Translations under genes and position numbers: made by a program
Part shown: positions 21,412-30,927 of the stretch, in pieces
How the letters are laid out: each line of letters starts with the position of its first letter
Position numbering within the stretch: position 1 is the stretch's first letter
Source of the DNA: Spirochaetia bacterium
GTDB lineage: Bacteria; Spirochaetota; Spirochaetia; SZUA-6; Bin103
Reading direction: 5' to 3'
Assembly: GCA_965199955.1 (NCBI GenBank)
Contig: CBDATQ010000002.1
Location: 1,280,001 to 1,344,000, forward strand
Length of the DNA stretch: 64,000 bases
Notes under the pieces: generated by a model
The model's database searches: none
What the model was told of the DNA's origin: nothing
The model's input: only the letters and a program-made list of their open reading frames with translations

Positions 21412-22722
21412 TCAACCTTCGAGGGGCAGCAGCAGCGGCTCCTCCAGGGCGTCGATGATCCAGCGCAGGACGCGCATCCCGTCCGTGCCGTCGATCACAC
21501 GGCAGTCGTACGTCAGGGCGAGCGGCAGCCGCAGTCGGTGCACGACCACGCCGGAGCTCTCGTCCAGCACCGGCTCACGCTGCGCCGGCGACACGCCCAG
21601 AATGGCCGGTTCCGGCGCGTTGACCGGCGGCGTGAAGTGACCCATGCCGGCTCCTGCGGTGCCGCCGGGCTGGTAGATCGAGATGCAGCCTCCCTGCGTC
21701 TCGGCAGGTTCCAGCGTGCCGGAATGCGCGCGTGCTGCTAGGTCAGCGATCTCGACCGAGAGCTGCAGCATATTCTTGCGGTCGGCGTCGCGGACCACCG
21801 GAAAGGCCGCTCCGTGCTCGCCGTCCACGGCGATGCCGACGTGGGAGCAACGCCGGCGCACCAGCCGTCCGCCAGCCAGGTCGATGCTGGCGTTGCAGCG
21901 TGGGAACACCTTGAGCGCGGAGGCGGCCACCTTTGCCAGCATGGCCGCCACGGTCAGCGTGCCGCCGGCCTCCTGCGCGCGGGAAGCGTAGCGCTCGCGC
22001 AGCGCCTCCAGGCGGGTGACGTCGGCCGTTCCGAGTTGCGTGGCCATCGGCACGGTCTGTGCGACGGTGTTCAGGCGCTCGGCCGCCAGCCGCCGCGCGG
22101 CGGTCAGCGGCACCACCTCTACCGGACCCCACGCGCTCAGGTCGGGCAGCGCGGCAGCCGCTACCGGCGCCACGCCATCGGCGCCCCGGCGTGCCGCGAG
22201 CGCGCGCACATCGCGCTCGCGGATGCGGCCTCCCTTGCCGGATCCGGATGCCAGCCGCCAGTCGACGCCCAGCTCGCCCGCGACCCGTCTGGCCCGGGGG
22301 CTCGAGGCAGGCCGCCCGTCCGTCCGTGCACCGCGGGACACGGCCACCACCACCGCGTCAGCGGCGGCGGGCGGCTCATCTGCCGGCGGCGCCGCTCCGG
22401 AATCCGTTTCCGGTTTCGGCGCCGAAACGGGGCTCGCGTTGCTGGGAGGATCGGAGGGAGCCTCGGGGACCTCCTCGCCCTCGGCGAGCAGCCAGCCGAT
22501 CACGGTCCCGACGGTCAGCTCCACGCCGGGCTCGGCCACCTCCGGGCGGATGTGCAGGACGCCGGCGTCCAGGGATTCCACCTCCTCGGTGGCCTTTTCC
22601 CCCTCGATCGTGAAGACGGGCTCGCCCACGGAGACGGCATCGCCGTCCTGTTTCAGCCACTGTCCGAAGGCGCCCGACTCCATCGACCAGCCGAGCCGCG
22701 GGATCATCACCTCGACCGCCAT
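21412..22722 (-). CDS. Dihydrolipoamide acyltransferase (E2)-like protein, atypical active site
   Basis: Lipoyl domain (EGEKAT), E3-binding domain (SPRARR..GSGKGGRI), catalytic domain ending in TYDCRVIDG. Confidence 0.85.
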   Translation of the reverse strand: MAVEVMIPRLGWSMESGAFGQWLKQDGDAVSVGEPVFTIEGEKATEEVESLDAGVLHIRPEVAEPGVELTVGTVIGWLLAEGEEVPEAPSDPPSNASPVSAPKPETDSGAAPPADEPPAAADAVVVAVSRGARTDGRPASSPRARRVAGELGVDWRLASGSGKGGRIRERDVRALAARRGADGVAPVAAAALPDLSAWGPVEVVPLTAARRLAAERLNTVAQTVPMATQLGTADVTRLEALRERYASRAQEAGGTLTVAAMLAKVAASALKVFPRCNASIDLAGGRLVRRRCSHVGIAVDGEHGAAFPVVRDADRKNMLQLSVEIADLAARAHSGTLEPAETQGGCISIYQPGGTAGAGMGHFTPPVNAPEPAILGVSPAQREPVLDESSGVVVHRLRLPLALTYDCRVIDGTDGMRVLRWIIDALEEPLLLPLEG

Positions 22723-22732
22723 CCGCTTCCTC

Positions 22733-23710
22733 TTACTCGTCCCGCAGGTCCAGGACCGCCTGCACGACGGCGTCCGTGTCGATGAGGAGCTCGTTCTCCA
22801 GGACCGGGCTGTAGGGCGCCGGCGCGAAGCCGCAGTGCAGGCGCCGGATCGGAGCGTCCAGGTCGTCGAAGGACTCGTCGGCGACGCGGGCGGCGATGTC
22901 GGCGCCCACGCTGCACGGCGCGTAGTCCTCCTCCACGACCAGCAGCCGGCCGGTCTTGTGCACGGACTCCCTGATGGTCGCAAGGTCCAGCGGCGCCACG
23001 GTGCGCGGGTCGACCACCTCCACCGAGACGCCCTGCCGCTCCAGGAGCGCGGCGGCCTCCACGCACCTGTGGACCATCGCGGCGATGGCGACGATGGTGA
23101 TCTCGCTTCCCGCCCGGACGACCTCGGCCTGGCCGAACGGGATGGCGTACTCGCCGTCGGGCACCTCCTCCTTCAGCACCAGCAACGCGCGGTGCTCCAG
23201 GAACACGACCGGATCGTGCGAGCGGAGGGCGGTGGTCAGCAGGCCCTTCGCGGTGCGTGGACCCGAGGGCAGGGCGACGTGGAAGCCCGGCTGATGAACC
23301 AGGAACGAGTAGAAGCTGCCCGAGTGGTGCGACGATCCGGACTTGTAGAGCCCGATGCAGGCGCGGATCACCATCGGCACGCTGATGCGGCCGGAGCTCA
23401 TCCAGCGCATGCGCGACGCCTGGTTGATCAGGTCCCCGAACGCGTCCAGGGCGAAGTCCATGAACATGAAGTCGACCACGGGCCGGGCGCCGGCGATGGC
23501 CGCGCCCACGCACATGGTGGAGAACCCCCGCTCGCAGATCGGCGTGTCGCGCAGCCGCTCGGGGCCGTGCAGGGCGAACAGGCCGGTGGTGGTGCTGAAG
23601 TTGCCGCCGCGCTCGCCGATACCCTCGCCGACCACGAAGATGGTGTCATCCCGCTCCATCTCCCGCGCCAGCGCGGCGCGCGCGGCCTCGACGTAGTTGG
23701 TTTCCGCCAT
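22733..23710 (-). CDS. 2-oxoacid/acetoin dehydrogenase E1 beta subunit
   Basis: DTPICE, DPVVFLEH, VEVVDPRT. Confidence 0.9.
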   Translation of the reverse strand: MAETNYVEAARAALAREMERDDTIFVVGEGIGERGGNFSTTTGLFALHGPERLRDTPICERGFSTMCVGAAIAGARPVVDFMFMDFALDAFGDLINQASRMRWMSSGRISVPMVIRACIGLYKSGSSHHSGSFYSFLVHQPGFHVALPSGPRTAKGLLTTALRSHDPVVFLEHRALLVLKEEVPDGEYAIPFGQAEVVRAGSEITIVAIAAMVHRCVEAAALLERQGVSVEVVDPRTVAPLDLATIRESVHKTGRLLVVEEDYAPCSVGADIAARVADESFDDLDAPIRRLHCGFAPAPYSPVLENELLIDTDAVVQAVLDLRDE

Positions 23711-23719
23711 GTTCGGTTC

Positions 23720-24742
23720 CTACCGCGCGACGACCGGGCCGCCGACAACATGGTCGAGCACGGTCCCCGGATCGGGTTCGCCGGAGGCGAGGGCCGCCTG
23801 GTTTGCCGACTCGACCGCCGCGGCGATCTCGGCCTCGATGGCGTCCAGCTCCTCCGCGGAGGCAGTCCGATCGTCGGTCAGGCAGGTCCGCAGCGCCAGG
23901 ATCGGGTCGCTTGCCTTCCACTCCTCGACCTCTTCCCGGGTCCGGTAACCGGAGTCGCGCATCCCCTCGGCGTGGACCCGCTGCCGGTAGGTCCGGCACT
24001 CCAGCAGGGTGGGCCCGCCGCCGGCCCGTGCCCGCGCGATCGCCCGCGCGGCTTCGCGATGGACCTCTCGCACGTCGTTGCCGTCCACCACGGCGTGCGG
24101 CAGCGCGTAGGCGTCCGCCTTCCTGGCGACGCTCTGCTCCCTGGTCACGGTCGCGAACGGCACCTCGGTGGCGTACAGGTTGTTCTCGCACACGAACAGC
24201 ACGGGCAGCTCCCAGACCGTCGCCATGTTGCACCCCTCGTGGAACGCGCCGTTGTTGACCGCGCCGTCGCCGAAGTAGGCCACGCTCACCCGGTCGCTGC
24301 CGGTCAGCTTGAAGGTGTAGGCGGCGCCGGCGGCCAGCAGGATGCTCGGACCGACGATGCCGCTGGTGCCCATCAGCCCGATCTCGGGCTTGAACAGGTG
24401 CATGCTCCCGCCCCGGCCGCCGGAGGCGCCGCCGGCCAGGCCGTACAGCTCCGCGAACAGTTCGACCGGGGCCAGCCCCTTGGCCAGCGCGTGGCCGTGG
24501 CCGCGGTGGGTGCCGAACACCAGGTCGTCTTCGCCCAGGTCGACGCTGACGCCGGCGGCGACCGCCTCCTCGCCGATGTAGGTGTGGCAGCCGCCGTAGA
24601 TCAGGCCGGCCTGGAACGACCGGACCAGCCGCTCCTCGCACTTCCTGATCGTGACCATGGTCCGGTAGCAGCCGAGCAGCAGCTCCCGGTCCGGCTTCCC
24701 GCCCGCCGCGCGCTTCGTCTTCGTCGCCGACTGTGCCTTCAC
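23720..24742 (-). CDS. 2-oxoacid/acetoin dehydrogenase E1 alpha subunit
   Basis: THRGHGH, GRGGSMH, TPP motif GDGA...ENN. Confidence 0.9.
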   Translation of the reverse strand: MKAQSATKTKRAAGGKPDRELLLGCYRTMVTIRKCEERLVRSFQAGLIYGGCHTYIGEEAVAAGVSVDLGEDDLVFGTHRGHGHALAKGLAPVELFAELYGLAGGASGGRGGSMHLFKPEIGLMGTSGIVGPSILLAAGAAYTFKLTGSDRVSVAYFGDGAVNNGAFHEGCNMATVWELPVLFVCENNLYATEVPFATVTREQSVARKADAYALPHAVVDGNDVREVHREAARAIARARAGGGPTLLECRTYRQRVHAEGMRDSGYRTREEVEEWKASDPILALRTCLTDDRTASAEELDAIEAEIAAAVESANQAALASGEPDPGTVLDHVVGGPVVAR

Positions 24743-24885
24743 GACCGCTCCACCTCGCGTCGCCCGAGTGTACTCGATGAGCGAACGCGTTGACCGACAG
24801 GCCGCAATAGCGCAGTGCCTCCGCCGCGGGCTGTTTGGAAGGCGGGAGAGCGACGTTGGCGCGCTATCGAAAAGTAGGAATTGCT

Positions 24886-24900
24886 GGTAAGATTCTTACC
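24886..24900 (+). promoter_or_regulatory. Palindromic operator of the vapBC operon
   Basis: GGTAAGA-T-TCTTACC perfect inverted repeat abutting the ATG. Confidence 0.6.
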
Positions 24901-25155
24901 ATGCGCATCACCAGCAAAGGACAGGTGACGATTCCCAAGGAATTGCGGGAACGCTGCCGGCTGTACCCCCATACCGAGGTGGAGTTCCAGCTTGACGGCG
25001 AGGGTGTGCGAATCATTCCCGCGCACTCGTTTCCGGGTCGGGGGCAGGCACTCGTCGATCACCTGCGCCGCCATCGGCCGCCCGGCGGACTCTCGACCGG
25101 CGAGATCATGGCACTGACACGCGGCGATACGGATCGAGCCGATGATCCTGGTTGA
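24901..25155 (+). CDS. AbrB/MazE-type antitoxin
   Basis: MRITSKGQVTIPKELR; overlaps the PIN toxin gene. Confidence 0.9.
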   Translation: MRITSKGQVTIPKELRERCRLYPHTEVEFQLDGEGVRIIPAHSFPGRGQALVDHLRRHRPPGGLSTGEIMALTRGDTDRADDPG

Positions 25156-25540
25156 CAGCAACGTCCTTATCGACGTGTTGACGGACGACCCGTTCTGGGA
25201 GGCGTGGTCGTCCGAGCAGCTGACACGGCTCGGCAACACCCGGCAGCTGGCCATAAACCCCCTGATCTTCGCCGAGATCGCAATGGCGTACACGGACCAG
25301 GGTCAACTTGAAGCGGCCCTGCCAGGTAGCTTGGTGCGCCTGCCGTTGCCGTACAACGCCGCGTTCATGGCCGGACGCGCCTTCATCGAGTATCGCCGCC
25401 GCGGCGGGACACGCAGGTCGCCGCTTCCCGACTTCTACATCGGCGCCCATGCGGCCGCAGAGGGCCATACGATAGTTACCCGCGACGCTGCGCGCTATCG
25501 CACCTACTTTCCGGACGTGACGGTCATCGCTCCCCCCTGA
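25142..25540 (+). CDS. vapC: VapC PIN-domain toxin
   Basis: LVDSNVLID, PDFYIGAHA, TRD. Confidence 0.9.
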   Translation: MILVDSNVLIDVLTDDPFWEAWSSEQLTRLGNTRQLAINPLIFAEIAMAYTDQGQLEAALPGSLVRLPLPYNAAFMAGRAFIEYRRRGGTRRSPLPDFYIGAHAAAEGHTIVTRDAARYRTYFPDVTVIAPP

Positions 25541-25611
25541 ACACGGATGGACGAAGCCGTTGCGGTTGACGGGTGCTGTCGAATCCAGTAGACGCAGGCG
25601 GCAGGCGATCC

Positions 25612-25815
25612 ATGCAGAAGGCCGTCATCACCGATCACTCGTTCGAGACGCCTGACGTCGCGATGTCCATCCTCGAGCCGCTCGGGTGCTCGTCGATCTG
25701 GTGCGCGACGCGGACTACGTCATCACTCAGTTCGCGCCGATGAACGCGGCAGTGATCGGACGTATGCAAAGTGTGAGATCATCGTGCGTTACGGCATCGG
25801 CGTGGACAGCGTCGC
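25612..25815 (+). pseudogene. D-3-phosphoglycerate/2-hydroxyacid dehydrogenase N-terminal remnant
   Basis: MQKAVITDH..., RDADYVITQFAP, IVRYGIGVD spread across shifting frames. Confidence 0.6.
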
Positions 25816-25867
25816 ACGAGCGTCGCCAACACTGTGGCGGCCGCGATCAGTGAGAGGAGATCTGAAC

Positions 25868-26683
25868 ATGGCTGGCAATCTGTTCGACCTGACCGATCGC
25901 GTCGCCGTGGTGTCCGGGGCGGCCCGCGGGATGGGCCGCGCGATGTCGGTCGGGTTCGCCGAGTACGGGGCCGATCTGCTGCTCGCTGACATCGACACGC
26001 AGGGGATGGAGGACACGGCCGCGACGATCAGGGCGCTGGGCCGGAGGGCCGTTCCGGTGGTGTGCGACGTCTCGGACCCGGAGCAGATCGACGCGCTCTA
26101 CGCCACGCTGGACCGGGAGTTCGGCCGCATCGACGTCCTGGCCAACGTGGCCGGGGAGGGCGGCCACGGCGACCCCGCGGAGCTCACCCCCGCGGAGATT
26201 CAGGAGTCCCTGCAGAATCTCCTGATCGGGCGCTTCCACTGCACCCAGCAGGCCGGCCGGCGCATGATCGCTGCCGGCAGGGGCAGCATCATCAATATCG
26301 TCTCCATCGCCGGCCTCACCGCGCTCGGCCGGCACCACATCCCCTACAGCATGGCGATGGGCGCCGTGGCGCAGATGACGCGCGAGCTGAGCTCGGAGTG
26401 GGCGCCCTTGGGGGTGCGCGTGAACGCCATCGTCTGCGCGCAGGTGGAGAACCAGGGCCTGCGGGACCGGATGGAAGCCGACCCCGTCCTGCGCAGCAAC
26501 TTCCTGCGCGGCCTGCCCATCGGCCGGTTGGGTCAACCGGCGGAGATCAGGGGCCTGGCGATCCTGCTCGCCTCCGACGCGTCGTCGTTCATGACCGGCG
26601 CACTTGTCCCTCTGGACGGAGGCAACCTCGCCAAGAACGCGGGCGGCTCGCACCCCGGCATGCCGCCGCTCGGGCCGTCGTGA
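25868..26683 (+). CDS. SDR family oxidoreductase
   Basis: SGAARGMG, NVAG, IINIVS, VRVNAI; AGGAG RBS. Confidence 0.9.
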   Translation: MAGNLFDLTDRVAVVSGAARGMGRAMSVGFAEYGADLLLADIDTQGMEDTAATIRALGRRAVPVVCDVSDPEQIDALYATLDREFGRIDVLANVAGEGGHGDPAELTPAEIQESLQNLLIGRFHCTQQAGRRMIAAGRGSIINIVSIAGLTALGRHHIPYSMAMGAVAQMTRELSSEWAPLGVRVNAIVCAQVENQGLRDRMEADPVLRSNFLRGLPIGRLGQPAEIRGLAILLASDASSFMTGALVPLDGGNLAKNAGGSHPGMPPLGPS

Positions 26684-26831
26684 GTGGTTGTCAGGAGCAA
26701 CAAGAGGACGACGCCCAGACTCGATGCGGCGTTTCTACGCAGCGACTGGTGCATAACTCTACCCTCCAGTCAAGGACCCTGCCGCCGAGGTCCGGTGCTG
26801 TCCAATGGGGGAAGCAACAATCTCCGTGGAC

Positions 26832-27665
26832 TCAGCCGCGCACGGCGACGAAGAACAGGCGGAGGAACGGGTAGAGAGTGGTGCCGTCGGGGCGCGGGGG
26901 GTAAGCGCTCCTGAGTCGCTCGCGGTACCGGTCGAGGAAGATTACCCGGTCCGCATCGCCGAGGCCGGCCAGGATCGGGCGCAGGCTGGTGGCGGTGACC
27001 CACTCCAGCACGGCGTCCGTGCCGGTGAGGGCGTGCAGGTACTCGGTGGTCCAGACGTCGAGGTGAGTGGCGTCCGCGGCCAGCAGGTCGTAGTAGAAGT
27101 CGGGATCGCTCAGCCCGCGGCTCTCCGTGGCCTGCCGCAGCCGCGTGCCGCCAAGCGGTTCGCCCCGCGCCCCGCCGCCGGCAAGGGTCTCGCGCATGAG
27201 GCGGTGCGAGGGCAGGTCCCAGCTCATCGGCGCCTGGACGGCCAGGCAGCCACCCGGCGGCAGCAGCGACCAGAGGCGACCGATCAGCGACCGATGGTCG
27301 GGCAGCCAGTGAATGACCGCGTTGGAGAAGAGCAGCGACGGAGCCTCCTCCGGCTTCCAGTCCGCCAGGTCGCCGTGTTGCCAGCGCACGCGCGCCGGAG
27401 TGGCGCGCGCCTGCTTCAGCATCTGTGGCGAGTGGTCGATCCCGACGACGGCGGCGGCCGGCCAGCGGTCGGCAAGCATGCGGGTGACGTTGCCGGTGCC
27501 GCATCCGAGGTCGTAGATCCGCAGCGGGTCGGTCAGAGGGATCCTCGCCATGAGGTCCACGGCGGGCCGTAGGCGGTGATCGGCGAACTTCAGGTACTGA
27601 CCGGGATCCCACGACGCTCCGGCGATTTCGCGGGCGTGGGGCGTGTGCGGCTGGTCGGAGCGCAC
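26832..27665 (-). CDS. tam: Trans-aconitate 2-methyltransferase-like SAM methyltransferase
   Basis: WDPGQYLKFADHRLRP, DLGCGTGN, SNAVIHW, YPFLRLF. Confidence 0.8.
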   Translation of the reverse strand: MRSDQPHTPHAREIAGASWDPGQYLKFADHRLRPAVDLMARIPLTDPLRIYDLGCGTGNVTRMLADRWPAAAVVGIDHSPQMLKQARATPARVRWQHGDLADWKPEEAPSLLFSNAVIHWLPDHRSLIGRLWSLLPPGGCLAVQAPMSWDLPSHRLMRETLAGGGARGEPLGGTRLRQATESRGLSDPDFYYDLLAADATHLDVWTTEYLHALTGTDAVLEWVTATSLRPILAGLGDADRVIFLDRYRERLRSAYPPRPDGTTLYPFLRLFFVAVRG

Positions 27666-27669
27666 GTGC

Positions 27670-28668
27670 TCAGCTCCAGTCGAACAGGATGCTCATCCAG
27701 CCCGCGGTCCCCTCCAGCACCTGCCGGTAGAGGCGTGGCGCCTGTTCCGGCCGGGCGACGTGACTGATGAGGGGATCCACCACCAGCGCCCCCTGCGCGA
27801 TAAGGCGCATGATTGCGCGGCGGTTGCGGCGCCGGGTCCAGGGGAACTTCGGATGGGCGGTGTCCTCCAGCCCGCGCCCGTAGACGCCGCGGATGTCCAG
27901 CTCGCGGCGCAGCAGCTCGGTCTGCAGGCCAATCTCGACCGTGCCCGGCGGGCTGCCGACCAGGATGACCTTGCCGCGGTCGCCCGCGGCCTGCATGGCC
28001 GGGACCAGCACGCCCGGATCGCGGGCCGCGTGGAAGACGCACTGCGCGCCGCCGCCGGTCAGGTCGCGGATCGCCGCGACCGGATCGTCCGCGGACGCGT
28101 CGACGGTGTGCGTGGCGCCGCTGCCGCGCGCCAGCTCCAGCCGCCGCGTGTCGAGATCGACGGCGATGATGGGGTGGGCGCCCGAGATTCGGCACAGCGC
28201 GGTGGTGAGCTGGCCGACCACGCCCTGGCCGAATACGGCGACCGATTCGTCGATCTGCAGCTCGGCGCGGCGGATGCCGAGCAGCGCCACGTCGCCCAGC
28301 ACGGCGAAGGTGGCCTGCTCGTCGCTGAGCTCCGCCGCGTCGTGCTCGATGGGCTGCAGCGACGAGCGCAGCTCGGACAGCCCCGCCTGACCGGTGAGCC
28401 AGTGGCTGCCGTGGTTGCCGAACGCCAGCACGCGGTCGTGCACGCGGCACTCATCCACCCCGCGGCCGCAAGCCAGGACGGTGCCGGCCAGGGTGTAGCC
28501 GAGGGGCCGGCGCTCGCCGGTCGCCGCGAGCAGGCCGTTCTTCTCGGAGCCGGCGCTCACCTGGCTCCGCGCGACGCGGACCAGCACCTGGCCGGGGCCC
28601 GGCTCCGGGACCTCGAACGATTCGATCTCGACCTGGCTGTCGACGGCCACCAGGCGGCGTCCTTCCAT
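27670..28668 (-). CDS. Zinc-binding (MDR) dehydrogenase-like protein
   Basis: SQVSAGSE, GQGVVG Rossmann motif. Confidence 0.85.
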   Translation of the reverse strand: MEGRRLVAVDSQVEIESFEVPEPGPGQVLVRVARSQVSAGSEKNGLLAATGERRPLGYTLAGTVLACGRGVDECRVHDRVLAFGNHGSHWLTGQAGLSELRSSLQPIEHDAAELSDEQATFAVLGDVALLGIRRAELQIDESVAVFGQGVVGQLTTALCRISGAHPIIAVDLDTRRLELARGSGATHTVDASADDPVAAIRDLTGGGAQCVFHAARDPGVLVPAMQAAGDRGKVILVGSPPGTVEIGLQTELLRRELDIRGVYGRGLEDTAHPKFPWTRRRNRRAIMRLIAQGALVVDPLISHVARPEQAPRLYRQVLEGTAGWMSILFDWS

Positions 28669-28742
28669 CGGGCGACTACTGGACTAACAGGCGGTTGGGC
28701 TGGTACCAGCGCACCTGCGCCAGCAGCGTCTGATCGAGTCGA

Positions 28743-29773
28743 TCACGCCGGCCTCGCGCGGGGGCGGATGACGTTGAGCAGCGGCTCGCCCGCTGCGAAG
28801 CGGCGCACGTTCTCGGCCACCATGTTGGCGATCTCGTCTTGAAAGAACGGCGATTCCGGCGAGCAGTGCGGAGACAGCAGCAGGTTCGGAGCGTAGCGCA
28901 GTGGGTCGTCGGCCGGCAGCGGTTCCGTCCGGAACACGTCGAGCGCGGCGCCGCCGATGCGTCCGGCGGCCAGCGAGGCGGCCAGTGCCTCCTGGTCCAC
29001 CAGGCCGCCGCGCGCCATGTTGACCAGCACCGCCCGCGGCTTGCAGCGCCGCAGGAACGCATCGTCGACCAGCCGCTCGGTCTGTCCGTCGAGCCGCAGC
29101 GCCAGCACGATGAAATCCAGGTCGCCGAGCGCGCCGGGGAGCTCCTTCCAAGTGATCCAGCGGTCCGGCAACTCGCCGTGCGGGTCTCCGGTGCCCGGCG
29201 TCCGGTAGGTGAGCTGCTGCCGCCGGCCTCCGCGGCCGAGCGTGGCCACGACCCGCATGCCGAGCATGTGGCAGAGGCGCCCCATCTGCCGGCCGATCGC
29301 CCGTAGCCCAGGATGCCGACCGTCCTGCCGTGCAGCACGGACGCCGACATCTCCGCCGCGCGGTCGCGGTGCCAGGTGCGGGCCTCTTCGTGCGCCAGAA
29401 TGCGGCGGAATCGATGCCCGAAGAACAGCATCGCGGCCAGCGTCCACTCGGCAATCGGCACCGCGGCCGGGCCGCTGCCGTGACAGACCTCCACGTCAGG
29501 GGAGGACACCAGCGCGTCCGGCAGGTCCTCGTGCCCGGCGTTGAGGGTCTGCACCCAGCGCAGGCGCGGCGTGCGCGCAGGGGCCGGCAGCCAGCCGTTG
29601 CTGATCAGCCCGTCGAGCTCCGGCAGCAGGCCGTCCGGCGGCGCATCCGTGAAGCTGCGCAGCTCGACGCCGGGCGGGATGCCGCCGAGCGCGTCGCGGA
29701 TGCCCGCCTCGCTGATTCGATGACGCGGGTTGAGCAGGGCGATCAGGCGAGGGGAGTGGCGTGGTTGGGACAC
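28743..29773 (-). pseudogene. D-2-hydroxyacid dehydrogenase, frameshifted near 29300 (possible sequencing error)
   Basis: GILGYG then AIG in another frame; NMARG, LDVFRTEPL, SPH. Confidence 0.8.
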
Positions 29774-29819
29774 GGGCGAGGTTATCCCCTCACCGGCGGC
29801 GTGCTGTAAAGTCGGCGCG

Positions 29820-30926
29820 ATGGCACAGGCTCACGACGCGATCCAGCGGGTCCAGGTGGACGCGCTCGAAGGGGGCGAGATCCTCATCCGCCTGCACACC
29901 GGCGGCGGCGTGACAGGGATCGGCGCCTTCCGCGCCCACCCGAGCGTCGGCGTTGCGGTCGCCCGCGACCTGCTGGCCCCGGACGTGACGGGCATGAGCG
30001 TGCACGCGCCGGCCGTGTTGTGGGACCGGCTGTTCTACCGCCACGGCCGCACCGGCCAGCACATTCAGGCGATCGCCGCCGTCGACATCGCCTGTTGGGA
30101 CGCGCTGGGAAAGACGCTCGGCCGGCCGGTGTACGACCTGTGGGGCGGCGCCGCGCGCACGACGCTGCCGCTCTACTGGAGCCAGGGGCTCGGCAGCCGC
30201 AAGACGCCGCAGGAGATGCTGGCCGACGTGCGGCGTGGCCACGAGATGGGCTTCCGCGCCTACAAGATCCGCATGGACTGGGGGCCGACCGTGCTGGACG
30301 CCGACCCCGCCGCGGACATGGAGCGCTTTCGCGTCTGTCGGGACTTCCTGCCCGACGACTGCACGCTCAGCTTCGACTGCAACTGGGGCTACACCGTCAG
30401 CACCGCCATCCGCCAGGGCGAGCTCCTCCAGGAGCTGGGAGCCTTCCACTACGAGGAGCCGCTGCCGCACGTCAACCTGCCGGGGTACCGGCAGGTGGCC
30501 GACGCCCTGTCGATCCCGGTGTCGTGCGGGGAGCTGGAGGCGACCCGCTGGCGCTTCCGCGACCTGATCCTGCTGGCGGATCCCGACATCCTGCAGCCCG
30601 ACATCCTCAACGCCGGCGGCCCCACCGAGGTGCGGCGCATCTTCGACCTGGCCGCCGCGCACAACAAGCCGGTCATGCCTCACAGCCCCGCGATCGGCAT
30701 CCGATCGTTCGCCAGCCTGCACCTGTTCGCCACGGGCCTCGGCAATACGCTGCCGCACGAGTTCTCGGACGAGGAGCTGGCCGACCGCAACCTGGAGCGC
30801 GCCCAGGAACTCTACAACGAGCCGGTCCTGCCGGTGGACGGCGCCAGCACCCTCAGCGACACCCCCGGCTTCGGCCTGACCCTGAACGACGCGGTGCTGC
30901 AGAAGCGAATCATCAAGGGTGAATGA
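29820..30926 (+). CDS. Mandelate racemase/muconate lactonizing enzyme family
   Basis: DIACWDALGK, YKIR, FDCN, YEEP, CGE, QPD. Confidence 0.9.
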   Translation: MAQAHDAIQRVQVDALEGGEILIRLHTGGGVTGIGAFRAHPSVGVAVARDLLAPDVTGMSVHAPAVLWDRLFYRHGRTGQHIQAIAAVDIACWDALGKTLGRPVYDLWGGAARTTLPLYWSQGLGSRKTPQEMLADVRRGHEMGFRAYKIRMDWGPTVLDADPAADMERFRVCRDFLPDDCTLSFDCNWGYTVSTAIRQGELLQELGAFHYEEPLPHVNLPGYRQVADALSIPVSCGELEATRWRFRDLILLADPDILQPDILNAGGPTEVRRIFDLAAAHNKPVMPHSPAIGIRSFASLHLFATGLGNTLPHEFSDEELADRNLERAQELYNEPVLPVDGASTLSDTPGFGLTLNDAVLQKRIIKGE

Positions 30927-30927
30927 G

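Noticed and set aside
26684..26830. Possible MITE or IS end between SDR and tam
   Set aside because: Only a short AGCAACAA direct repeat; no terminal inverted repeat pair or second copy seen.
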